Assembly: GCA_050732875.1 (NCBI GenBank)
Contig: JBOHRQ010000005.1
Coordinates: 4,173 to 68,172 of the forward strand
Direction: 5' to 3'
DNA: 64,000 nt
Source of the DNA: Gemmatimonadota bacterium
GTDB taxonomy: Bacteria > Gemmatimonadota > Gemmatimonadetes > JACCXV01 > JAHWKZ01
Numbering within the stretch: position 1 is the first letter of the stretch; the number at the start of each line of letters is the position of its first letter. A program made the position numbers and the translations under genes. This document shows, piece after piece, positions 19,438-27,840 of the stretch. The notes beneath the pieces were generated by a model. That model was not told the DNA's origin. It was given only the letters and a program-made list of their open reading frames with translations, and did not search any database.

Positions 19438-19714
19438 TTGACGAGACGAAGCCCGCGCGCGACGCGTCAGTTCAAGAAGGACTGGCACCGGATGAAAGCG
19501 CGCGGCCTGCATTTGACCACGCTCCGTGACGTTCATGACTGAGCTGATCACCGGGGAGACACTCGAGTTAAACCGACGGCCCCATCCCCTCAAGGGGGAG
19601 TACTGGGATTGCATGGAGTGCCACCTGGGTGGCGATTGGCTCCTCATCTGGCAGCAGATCGAGGACGAAATCGTGTTCGTGCGGACCGGCACGCACGAGG
19701 ATCTGTTTGGATAG
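19438..19714 (+). pseudogene. yafQ: YafQ/RelE-family mRNA interferase toxin gene with a +1 frameshift
   Basis: TTG 19438 opens LTRRSPRATRQFKKDWHRMKARGLHLTTLRDV then hits TGA 19540. The continuation MTELITGETL...HPLKGEYWDCMECHLGGDWLLIWQQIEDEIVFVRTGTHEDLFG is in the next frame (track ORF 19526..19714). One extra C near 19533. Confidence 0.75.
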
Positions 19715-19726
19715 ATTCCGAGGGTC

Positions 19727-20192
19727 TCAGACCCTAGAGGAAATCGCCGCCTGCGTGAACAGCGCGCTCGGCAACCCCACCCCCAGCATATGGATCAGCA
19801 GGCCGTTGACGACCACGGGCCACGTCTTGGTCCCGACGACGACCGCCGAGAGCGGTACCACGACCACGTTCATGACGGCGTAGACGAGAAGGCCATAGAG
19901 CGGGCCGAACAGGAACGGCCGCCGGGCAAGGATGGGAAGCCGCCGGCTTGCAACGAAGTAGGTCGTCACGATACCGAACGCGATGAAGAAGTGGAGCAGC
20001 ACGCCGAGCGCCGCGGTCCCCGCCCCGCCTTCGTACGCCGCCCGTCCCAGCAGCCCCGATGCGATGCTCTGTGGAATCAGGATCGGGGGCGACGCCCCGG
20101 AGGCCGAAGAAGACGAGCGCATCGAGCAGATCGAGGATGCCGACGACCAGGGTCCCGTAGAGGATCGCCCGCCCCGGGGACATCCGGATCAT
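19727..20192 (-). pseudogene. small polytopic membrane protein gene with a frameshift in a G5/C5 run
   Basis: ATG 20190-20192 opens MIRMSPGRAILYGTLVVGILDLLDALVFFGLRGVAP. The natural continuation ILIPQSIASGLLGRAAYEGG...(track ORF 19727..20122) is in another frame. The junction is at run 20085-20089, and the 466-nt span is not a multiple of 3. Confidence 0.6.
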
Positions 20193-21072
20193 CGAGCCCG
20201 GTCCGTGTGCCAGAGCCAGAGGTCGGCCCAGTAGGCGAGCCCGCACCACTGTCCCCACTTCTCGTAGACCCCGAGCATCCGCGCGTCGGTCACGGGCTTC
20301 CGCGCGCGCGGAAAGTACTTCTGCCGCACGAAGCTGCGGAAGGCGGTATCGATCCCAATCCGGTCGAAGCGGCCGAGCAGCATGAGGACGTGGGCGGTGG
20401 CATAGGGACCGAGGCCGGGGACCCGCCCGACCTCGGCCTCGAGGTCGGCGGTCGTCCCGTCCCATGCCTCCCAGCGGTGGAGATCGATCTCGCCCTCGGA
20501 GACCGCCTCGGCGAAGCCGGCCAGGTAGGGCGCCCGGTATCCCCAGCGCCCTTTGGACGCCAACCGCTTCGCACCGATCCCGGTCACCTCGTCCGGGCAC
20601 GGGAACTCCTTCCCGCCCGTCATCCCGACCAGGTTCCGCACCATCGCCACCGTGCCGCCCCAGGTGGTGTTCGTGGTGGCGAGGATCTTGACGACGTCCT
20701 CGAAAAGGGTGGGTGAGCGGAGCAGGCGGCCGAAGCCGCGGCCGACGGCCGCGGCGAACCCGTCGCCCGCCGCTTGCGCGAGCGCCTCGAACTCGATCAG
20801 ATCCCGGTCGAGCTGGAGCATGCGGATCAGGTCCCGCTCCACGACCACCCAGCCCGCGTGATCCAGCCCGCGCCGGCTTCCACGGCCGCCCACGATCCTG
20901 GCTCGGATCGGCCCGCCGCGACCCTCGGGCTGCTCGAGGTCGATCCGGGAGACGCCACCGGGGACGCGGAGGGGGCGGGAGAGCCGCCCCTCCCTGTCAT
21001 CCCACGCGAACGGCGCCAGGAGGCGCCACCCGTGGGAGCACGCCGTTGTGCGGAAGTCAAACCTCGGAGGGG
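20189..21072 (-). CDS. DNA-3-methyladenine glycosylase II family (AlkA-like, HhH-GPD) protein; start unresolved
   Basis: Track ORF 20189..20893 holds the HhH-GPD core (...VPGLGPYATAHVLMLLGRFDRIGIDTA...). The same frame stays open upstream and encodes the family's N-terminal FDFRTTACSHGWRLLAPFAWD, but has no ATG/GTG/TTG before GTG 20893. Confidence 0.7.
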
Positions 21073-21147
21073 TCCGGATCGACCTCTCGGTCGCGAGGCT
21101 GACGGTCGTCTGCCTGTTCGGAGACGCCGTAGTGGGCTGTGCCGGGC

Positions 21148-21825
21148 TCAGGCCGCCTTGCGGATCCCGTGAACGCGGCAGATTCCGTCCAGCAGGCCGT
21201 TGACCGCGTCCAGCGCGATCGCCGCGCCGCGCTCGGCTTCGACGAGATCGTCATCGCTGACCATGTGCCGCTCGAGGAGCTCGCGGGTCTCCGCGGCGTG
21301 CTCGACGTCGAGCGTCCGGTGGACCTCGAAGTAGTCGGTCGCCGGGGACCCTTCGACCCCATAATGCTCGGCCAGGCCGCGGATCTTCTCGGCAGCCACT
21401 GCGGGGACCATCGACTCGTAGGCGTAGAGCGCGGCCAGCCCGCGCACGACCGGTCCCTCGCCGACCGCCGAGCGGAACCCGGCGATCGCTCGGGCTGTCT
21501 CGGGCCAGACTTCACCGCCATCGGGCTCGCCGCAGCCGACCGCCTCGGCGAAGCGCCGCCACAGCGTGGGATGGTTCTCTGCCCCTTCCTCCTCGTCGCG
21601 CAGGTTCTCGAGCAGCGCCTGTCGCGTTTCGAGGTCCTCGCAGCGGCTGTGGAGGGCCGAGATGTAGGTGGGGAAGGCGCTTACGTGACGATAGTACTGG
21701 GCTGCGTAGTCACGCAGGGCTTCGGCGCTCAGCGTGCCGTCCTGCCAGGCCCGGTAGAAGGGGTGCTTGAGCAGGTGCCGCTCGGCAATCAGGGCATCGA
21801 TGGTCGTCAGCGAGGGACGCGACAT
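21148..21825 (-). CDS. CADD/CT610-like haem-oxygenase-fold di-metal protein (pABA synthase family, TenA/PqqC superfamily)
   Basis: HPFYRAWQDGTLSAEALRDYAAQYYRHVSAFPTYISALHSRCEDLETRQALLENLRDEE closely parallels Chlamydia CT610 as recalled. Metal-ligand blocks DEEEGAENH, YAYES, EVHRTLDVEH. ATG 21825 has CAGGAG upstream; GTG 21849 is an alternative. Confidence 0.8.
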   Translation of the reverse strand: MSRPSLTTIDALIAERHLLKHPFYRAWQDGTLSAEALRDYAAQYYRHVSAFPTYISALHSRCEDLETRQALLENLRDEEEGAENHPTLWRRFAEAVGCGEPDGGEVWPETARAIAGFRSAVGEGPVVRGLAALYAYESMVPAVAAEKIRGLAEHYGVEGSPATDYFEVHRTLDVEHAAETRELLERHMVSDDDLVEAERGAAIALDAVNGLLDGICRVHGIRKAA

Positions 21826-21926
21826 GGGCAGCTCCTGATAAGGGGTCACGGGACGATCGCAAAGACGGGCGCCAATCTAGCGCGCCTGGCCCGCGCCGAC
21901 ACCGCGAGGATCCGGCGGCTTCCGCC

Positions 21927-23525
21927 CTACGGCCGCAGCTCAACCTCGGTGACCTTCCCCGCCTCGACCTCAACCGCCCGGTAGACCCGGCGCCCGTCGA
22001 TCTCCACCCCCAGGACATAGCGTCCGGGCCGGACGTCGCCGATCACGAAGTGCTCGCCGAACACGGGATCGGGATGGGCCTTGTCCTCGTAGGTCTCGGC
22101 GAAGCTGAACGGAGTCTCCCGGGGCTCGGGTTTGGTCACCCCGTAGACCCGGGCGCCGAGAACCGGGTCCCCGGCGCTGTCCAGGACGCGCCCGGCGATG
22201 ACCCCCGTCATCTTCATGGGCTCGATCCAGAGCAACGGGTTGACGGTGTACGGGGGAAACCGCTGCTCGGGGTCCACCACCGCCGTCACGTCGTCCGTGG
22301 GGGTCACGTGGATCTCGAGATGGAGATGGTCGTTGGTGGCCCGTCCCGTCGAGCCGACATGGGCGATCAGATCGCCGCGGGCGACGCGGTCCCCGACCGC
22401 GACCGTCAGGTCGGCGTTGTGGTAGTACGTGGACCACACGTAACGATCGTCGAGCCGCCGGTCGTGGAGGATGGCCACCGTGTTGGAGCCCGCCTCGGCC
22501 GGCCCGGCGAACGCCACGACGCCGTCCCCGATCGCATGGACCGGCGTCCCCTCGGGGTTGTTGAACTCGACGCCCTGGTGCTGCTGGAAGTTCCCGCCCA
22601 TCGTCGAGCCGTAGGTGTAGGTCTGATCGACGAAGCGGTTCCCGCCCTGCCCGGGCGGAGCTTCGAACCAGCCGGCGATCGGGCGATCGAACCAGAAGTG
22701 CTCGCGCGCTCCCGGCCTGGCCAGGGGCTCGCCGGGGTCGGGGTAGTCGCGGAACTGGCCCTTCCACGACTGCAGATCATGGCCGAGGGCGGTATAGGGT
22801 GTGTCATCACCGAAGCCGGCGTTGCGGCCGTCGATGAGGATGGCGCGCCAGACTCCATTGCCGGGGGCCCAGGTCCGGCCTCCGTCCGTGCTCTTGTCGT
22901 AGCCCGCGAGGCTCATGACGCGCACGATGGGGGAGCTGGCGCCCCGGTCCACGTCGAGACTGAGGAGATACCGGCTCCGGAGCCCCCGTGCCTCGGTGAC
23001 GTCGCGCCACGTCTCGCCCCCGTCGGGCGAGATCCGGAGGCCGTCGGCGGTGGCGACGTACACGGTGTCGCTCACGACCTCGATCCCGTGGGGCGCGACG
23101 TACAGCCAGCGCGGGCCGAGCTCGTCGAAGGTCCAATTGCGCCAGGTCCGGCCGCCGTCCCGGGAGACGCCCCAGCCGTTCCCGATCGTCCCGTACCACA
23201 CCTCCCCGGAGGGCCCGAACGCGCCCGAGGGCCCGAACGCGATCGCGTTGACGAAGTCCCACGAGATGTCGGTCGAGTCGCGGCTCCGCAGGTTCTCCCA
23301 CTCCCGGCCGGTGCCGTCCCGGCTCACGTAGATCCCCTGGCCGTAGGTGCCCACCCAGACCGACGCATCGGGACCTTCGGCCACGGTGAGGACGTGGGTG
23401 CCCCAGCCGGTCGAGTCGGGAAGCGGGGATTGGAGCGGCGGCATAGCGGCCTCCTGGGCCGGGGCGCACGGCACCGAGGCGCCGAGCAGCCCGATAGCGA
23501 AAGCGATTGCGCTAGAAATCCTCAA
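21927..23525 (-). CDS. secreted M23 (LytM-type) metallopeptidase with N-terminal BNR/Ycf48-like beta-propeller repeats and C-terminal carboxypeptidase-regulatory-like domain
   Basis: 532 aa. Signal peptide. Repeats S.DGG.TW. M23 core HQGVEF....GTPVHAIGDGVV...YYHNADL.V..GD.V..GD.IA.VGSTGRATNDHLHLEI. Confidence 0.85.
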   Translation of the reverse strand: MRISSAIAFAIGLLGASVPCAPAQEAAMPPLQSPLPDSTGWGTHVLTVAEGPDASVWVGTYGQGIYVSRDGTGREWENLRSRDSTDISWDFVNAIAFGPSGAFGPSGEVWYGTIGNGWGVSRDGGRTWRNWTFDELGPRWLYVAPHGIEVVSDTVYVATADGLRISPDGGETWRDVTEARGLRSRYLLSLDVDRGASSPIVRVMSLAGYDKSTDGGRTWAPGNGVWRAILIDGRNAGFGDDTPYTALGHDLQSWKGQFRDYPDPGEPLARPGAREHFWFDRPIAGWFEAPPGQGGNRFVDQTYTYGSTMGGNFQQHQGVEFNNPEGTPVHAIGDGVVAFAGPAEAGSNTVAILHDRRLDDRYVWSTYYHNADLTVAVGDRVARGDLIAHVGSTGRATNDHLHLEIHVTPTDDVTAVVDPEQRFPPYTVNPLLWIEPMKMTGVIAGRVLDSAGDPVLGARVYGVTKPEPRETPFSFAETYEDKAHPDPVFGEHFVIGDVRPGRYVLGVEIDGRRVYRAVEVEAGKVTEVELRP

Positions 23526-25038
23526 GATACCGTACCTCCCCCTGGGGACCGATCAGGGCCACCCGGATCCAGTTGGGCGGCGCGTCGAAGTCGAACTTCT
23601 CGAGCTCGTAGGCGGTGTATTCCTCCATCAGCCGGTAGGCGCGCCCGGCCTCCTCGGTCCGCCAGAACTGGATCGTGTCGATGGCGAGCGGCTCGTCGGG
23701 AGCGACGGCGAAGATCTGGACCGGCCGGTGGACGCGCCGCCTGGCCCGCTCGGCCAGGGTGTGGCGGGCCGACTCCTGGCGGGCCTCCTCGGCCTGGACC
23801 GGGAGATCCGTGGGGGTCCCGGGCTGGAGCGCGGGATCCGGGGCCGTTCGCTCGCAGGCTTCGCGAAGGGCGGCCAGCTCGTTGTAGAGATAGACGTCCT
23901 TGAGGGACTTCCGCTCGAGCGCCCCGTGTCGGATCGTCATCACCCGCTCCAGGCGCTGGACGATGCTGTGACCTTCGGCGGGAGCGGCATAGGAAGCGTT
24001 AAGCGGCAGCACGAACAGGAGGTCGCACTTCTCGATGCCGGTCCCGAAGTAGATCGGCAGGTTGTCGATCGTCCCGCCGTCCTCGAAGACCTCGTCGCCG
24101 ATCCGGGCATACTCGAAGAGGGGCGGGATGTCCATGGAGGCGAACACCGCCTGTTCGAGATCCTCGAGGGTCCGGGCCGACCGCCAGCGGTCGGGGAGCA
24201 CCAGCGGACGCCGTCGTCCGGTGAAGTTGTCGAGGCCCTCGAGATCCGTCCGGTTGGTCGAGAACTCGAGGTGCGCCCGCTCGACGTTCGTGCGGGTGAG
24301 GTAGAAATGCAGGTTCCCCTGCGCGTCCGGAGAGTGCAAGTGCTGGTTGAGTCGCTCTCTCGAGGCGGGGTCATCGACGAACAGGGTACGGAACGCGCTC
24401 CGCCAGGGATCGGCCGAGAGGACGTAGTTGCGCCAGGCGGGCAGGTAGTACGTCGGCGCCACGATCTCCGAGAGGTCGACCCGGCTCCACCAGCTGCCGA
24501 GCGTGCCAGGGTCCCCGTCGGCCACTCTCCCGGCCAGCCAGAAGCAGGCGTTCCAGGCGCCGATCGATGAGGCGGCGATCATCCGGACATTGCCGAGCGC
24601 CGCGTGGTCCTGGAGAAAACGATGCAGCGCGCGCAGCGAGCCGGCCTGGTAGGCCCCCTTGGCCCCACCCCCGGCCAGGATGATGCCGATCCGCTCGTGG
24701 CGGCCGAGCGGTCCCGTCGGGGGAGATGGGGGCGGGGAACCGGGTTCGCCCGGTTGGAACCAGGCCACCGGTCGTGGAGGGAGCAGGCGATAGGCGGCCG
24801 TCCCGATCCAGAGGGCCAGGAGAAGGCCCGCCCCCGCCAGCGCCAGGGTAAGCGCGGCCGCCAGCACGGTGCCCAGGCTGAGGACGTCCAGGGGAGGGGC
24901 CGAGACGAGCGGGACCAGGCGCTCCACGAGCCACGGGAAGACGAAGACCAGCCAGGCCAGAAAGGCCAGGACGGTCGGAACGCTGAAGCGCGGGGAGAAG
25001 CGCAGGAGGAGCCACTGATAGGCGAGCCCGGATGTCAT
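23512..25038 (-). CDS. membrane-anchored patatin-like phospholipase
   Basis: 508 aa. Three N-terminal TM segments. GGGAKGAYQAG oxyanion loop, AASSIGAW (GxSxG variant), DGGTIDNLP catalytic Asp. 14-nt overlap with the M23 gene. Confidence 0.85.
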   Translation of the reverse strand: MTSGLAYQWLLLRFSPRFSVPTVLAFLAWLVFVFPWLVERLVPLVSAPPLDVLSLGTVLAAALTLALAGAGLLLALWIGTAAYRLLPPRPVAWFQPGEPGSPPPSPPTGPLGRHERIGIILAGGGAKGAYQAGSLRALHRFLQDHAALGNVRMIAASSIGAWNACFWLAGRVADGDPGTLGSWWSRVDLSEIVAPTYYLPAWRNYVLSADPWRSAFRTLFVDDPASRERLNQHLHSPDAQGNLHFYLTRTNVERAHLEFSTNRTDLEGLDNFTGRRRPLVLPDRWRSARTLEDLEQAVFASMDIPPLFEYARIGDEVFEDGGTIDNLPIYFGTGIEKCDLLFVLPLNASYAAPAEGHSIVQRLERVMTIRHGALERKSLKDVYLYNELAALREACERTAPDPALQPGTPTDLPVQAEEARQESARHTLAERARRRVHRPVQIFAVAPDEPLAIDTIQFWRTEEAGRAYRLMEEYTAYELEKFDFDAPPNWIRVALIGPQGEVRYLEDF

Positions 25039-25045
25039 CCCGCCA

Positions 25046-25051
25046 ACTGTA
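25046..25051 (-). promoter_or_regulatory. -10-like TACAGT 7 nt upstream of the patatin ATG (leaderless-type promoter candidate)
   Basis: Minus strand reads gGTACAGTtggcgggATG; no SD. Confidence 0.4.
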
Positions 25052-25164
25052 CCGCCGTCGCGGACCGCGCTAGGTTCCGGACACCCGCGACCCGAACGGG
25101 ATCGTCCGTTTTGTGCGGGTCACGAACCCGACATCGCTCCGGGACCTGAGAAAAGGAGGAACGT

Positions 25165-25419
25165 ATGGGTATCCTCGCATGGATCGTGCTGGGGCTCGTG
25201 GCCGGGGCTCTGGCCAAGCTCATCATGCCGGGCGAACAGCGCGGCGGCTGCATCATGACGACGCTGCTGGGTATCGCCGGCGCCCTGGTGGGTGGGTTCA
25301 TCGGTCGGGCCCTTGGATACGGCGGGGTCGAGGAATTCTCTTTTGCCAGCCTCCTGTGGGCGTTCATCGGAGCGTTCCTCCTGCTTCTGATCTTCGGCTT
25401 CCTGTTCAAGAAGAGGTAA
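25165..25419 (+). CDS. GlsB/YeaQ/YmgE-family stress membrane protein
   Basis: 84 aa. MGILAWIVLGLVAGALAK.IMPG......I.T.LLGIAGALVGGF... is the family signature. RBS AAGGAGGA. Confidence 0.88.
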   Translation: MGILAWIVLGLVAGALAKLIMPGEQRGGCIMTTLLGIAGALVGGFIGRALGYGGVEEFSFASLLWAFIGAFLLLLIFGFLFKKR

Positions 25420-25422
25420 CTC

Positions 25423-26532
25423 TTACTGGGAGGAGGGGGAAGGCGCCACGACGGCTGCGGATCGTTCGCCTCGCACACGCTCGAGGAGGAGCCGGCCGAC
25501 ATCGGCGTTCGTGCGGATGCCCGCGAAGGCCTCTGCCCCGGGACCGATCGCGAACAGCGGCACCAGCTCCAGCGAGTGCCCGGTCGTCACGTATTCGGCC
25601 TCGAGCGCCCCGGTAGAGTCGGGGACCACGGCCAGCCCGCCCGTCTCGTGGTCGCCGGTCACGACGATCAGCGTCTCGGGACGTCGCGCGCGGTAATCGA
25701 GAGCGACCCGGATCGCCCGATCGATGTCCGCCACCTCGGCCTGGATCGTGGCCAGCGGCGCGTTGTCGTGGGCTCGGTGATCGGTGTGCTCGTTCTCGAC
25801 CAGCAGGAAGAACCCGTCGGGGTCGCGATCCAGGATCGCGAGGGCGGTGCCGGTCATCTCGGCCAGGGAGGGCGCGCGCTGGTCGGGATCGGACACCCGG
25901 TCGATGTCGAAGAGTCCCAGGACGCGCGCCACTTCGTCGACGTCGACCGCGCGGAGCTCTTCGGGGGTCGTGACGACGGTGTACCGCTCGCGGATCGGGA
26001 GGCTGTCGAACCAGGCCAGCCCGTCGCCCATCAACACCTCGATGTCCTGATCCAGCATCTGGCGGGCGATCCTCGCCCACTGGTTGCGGCTGGAGACGTG
26101 GGCGGCAAAGGCGGCCGGCGTCGCGTCCAGGAGGAAGGTCGTCGTGACGAGCCCGGTCGCGAGCCCGCCCGCCTCGGCAACTTCGAGAACGGTCGGCCGC
26201 GGCTCCTGGTCGGCGCCGACACCGATCGCACCGTAGATCGTGCGCTCGCCGATCGCGAACGCGGTGGCCGAGGAGGCGCTCTCGACGTGGCTCCCGGTGG
26301 TGTTCCCCGTATCCACGAGGCCGACGACGGGAAACGCGGCGACCGCCAGGCTGTCCCCCTCGAGCCAGGCGGCGCTCCAGTGCGCGATCCCGGCGCCATC
26401 GGCGACGAAGAAGATCGTATGCGAGGCCGGCGCCGGGTCCGGCAGCGCCTGGTTCGCGGGGGCCTCGGCTCCCCAACCGATTGTCACCGCGACCAGGAGA
26501 GGGAGCCCGGGCATGACAGGGAAATCCCGCAT
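25423..26532 (-). CDS. alkaline phosphatase (PhoA family)
   Basis: 369 aa from ATG 26530-26532 (inside track ORF 25423..26754). DGAG, active-site DSASSATAFA, VVTGDHETGG, HS... motifs. Confidence 0.88.
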   Translation of the reverse strand: MRDFPVMPGLPLLVAVTIGWGAEAPANQALPDPAPASHTIFFVADGAGIAHWSAAWLEGDSLAVAAFPVVGLVDTGNTTGSHVESASSATAFAIGERTIYGAIGVGADQEPRPTVLEVAEAGGLATGLVTTTFLLDATPAAFAAHVSSRNQWARIARQMLDQDIEVLMGDGLAWFDSLPIRERYTVVTTPEELRAVDVDEVARVLGLFDIDRVSDPDQRAPSLAEMTGTALAILDRDPDGFFLLVENEHTDHRAHDNAPLATIQAEVADIDRAIRVALDYRARRPETLIVVTGDHETGGLAVVPDSTGALEAEYVTTGHSLELVPLFAIGPGAEAFAGIRTNADVGRLLLERVRGERSAAVVAPSPSSQ

Positions 26533-26541
26533 CGGGGCCCT

Positions 26542-26547
26542 ATCATA
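26542..26547 (-). promoter_or_regulatory. -10-like TATGAT 9 nt upstream of the phosphatase ATG (leaderless-type promoter candidate)
   Basis: Minus strand reads gcTATGATagggccccgATG. Confidence 0.4.
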
Positions 26548-26575
26548 GCACGCGCCTGCGCATGCGACCGCCGAC

Positions 26576-27790
26576 ATGCCAGGTCGAGGGACGGCGATCG
26601 CGGGTTCGGCACCTCCCCCCGGCAACGCGCGCGACCTAAGATTGACGATCGTGGACCCCGCCGACCCGCGCCCCGACGAAGCCGACCGGGAACACGAGCA
26701 TCCGCGTCCCGATCTCGGGAGGCTGCTCGAGTTCTTCTCGGGCCCCGTCGACATCCGCTCGATCGCGCTGAGCGGGATCTTCGTCCTGCTCGTCCTCTAC
26801 ACGCTCTACTTCGCGCGGGACTTCGTCCTTCCGGTGGTGCTGGCGCTCCTGCTCACGTTTCTCCTCGCGCCGGTCGTTCGCGCGCTCGGGCGGATGCGGG
26901 TGCCGCCATCGATCGGGGCGGGGCTGGTGATCCTGGCGCTCCTCAGCGCTGTCGTGTACGGGGGCTACTCGCTCTCGGGCCCGGCCGCCGCCTGGGTCGA
27001 GCGGGCGCCCCAGGGGATGCGCCGGGTCGAGCAGCGGATCCGCGAGATCCAGCGGCCCGTCGAGGAGGTGCGCCAGGCGGCGGAGCAGGTCGAGCAGCAG
27101 GTGGAGGAGATGGCTGGCGGCGGACGCCAGCCGCGGGAGGTTCAGGTGGAGGGAGAGACGCTGACCGGGGCGGTGCTCAGCCAGACGCAGTCGTTCCTGG
27201 CGGGCGCGGTGGTCATGACCATCCTCCTGTTCTTCCTGCTCGCCTCCGGGGATCTCTTCCTGCGCAAGCTCGTCCGCGTCCTCCCCAGGCTGAGCGACAA
27301 GAAGGCGGCGATCGAGATCGCCCGCGCCACCGAGGAGCACATCTCGAGATACCTGGTCACCGTGACGCTGATCAACGCCGGGCTCGGGGTGGCCGTCGGG
27401 TTCGCGATGAAGCTCGCGGGCATGCCGAACCCGGTTCTGTGGGGCGTGGCGGCGGGCCTCATGAACTTCGTCCCTTATCTCGGGGCGCTTGCCACACTGG
27501 GGATGATCACGCTCGTCTCGCTGCTCACTTTCGAGGGTCTGGGTCGGGCGCTCGTAGCGCCGGGTCTGTATCTGGGGCTGAACGCCCTCGAGGGATACCT
27601 GATCACGCCGATGCTGCTCGGTCGGCGGCTTCTCCTCAACCCGGTCGTGATCTTCCTCGGCATCATCTTCTGGGGATGGCTGTGGGGGATCCCGGGAGCG
27701 CTGCTGGCGGTGCCGATCCTGGCGACCTTCAAGATCTTCTGCGACCACATCGAGCCGCTGTCGCCGATCGGGGAGTTTCTGGGGCGGTAG
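26576..27790 (+). CDS. AI-2E family (PerM/YdiK-like) transporter
   Basis: 404 aa, multi-TM. ...PNPVLWGVAAGLMNFVPYLGAL... and ...FWGWLWGIPGALLAVPILA.FK family blocks. Confidence 0.85.
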   Translation: MPGRGTAIAGSAPPPGNARDLRLTIVDPADPRPDEADREHEHPRPDLGRLLEFFSGPVDIRSIALSGIFVLLVLYTLYFARDFVLPVVLALLLTFLLAPVVRALGRMRVPPSIGAGLVILALLSAVVYGGYSLSGPAAAWVERAPQGMRRVEQRIREIQRPVEEVRQAAEQVEQQVEEMAGGGRQPREVQVEGETLTGAVLSQTQSFLAGAVVMTILLFFLLASGDLFLRKLVRVLPRLSDKKAAIEIARATEEHISRYLVTVTLINAGLGVAVGFAMKLAGMPNPVLWGVAAGLMNFVPYLGALATLGMITLVSLLTFEGLGRALVAPGLYLGLNALEGYLITPMLLGRRLLLNPVVIFLGIIFWGWLWGIPGALLAVPILATFKIFCDHIEPLSPIGEFLGR

Positions 27791-27827
27791 GACTCGTCGT
27801 GCCTTCCCGGGGCCTGTCGGCGGCGGT

Positions 27828-27833
27828 TAGTTT
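27828..27833 (+). promoter_or_regulatory. -10-like TAGTTT 7 nt upstream of ATG 27841 (leaderless-type promoter candidate)
   Basis: gtTAGTTTggcggacATG read directly. Confidence 0.4.
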
Positions 27834-27840
27834 GGCGGAC

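Noticed and set aside
23211-23241. 18-nt periodic duplication GGGCCCGAACGCG...GGGCCCGAACGCG in the M23 peptidase gene (encodes FGPSGAFGPSGE)
   Set aside because: A small in-frame coding duplication inside a loop of the propeller domain, with no indication of function beyond local slippage.
25576-27840. First approx. 755 codons of the 1042-aa plus-strand track ORF (25576..28704)
   Set aside because: Antisense to the alkaline phosphatase gene and out of frame with the AI-2E transporter; low-complexity Arg/Gly/Pro text. Only the methyltransferase part from ATG 27841 is supported.
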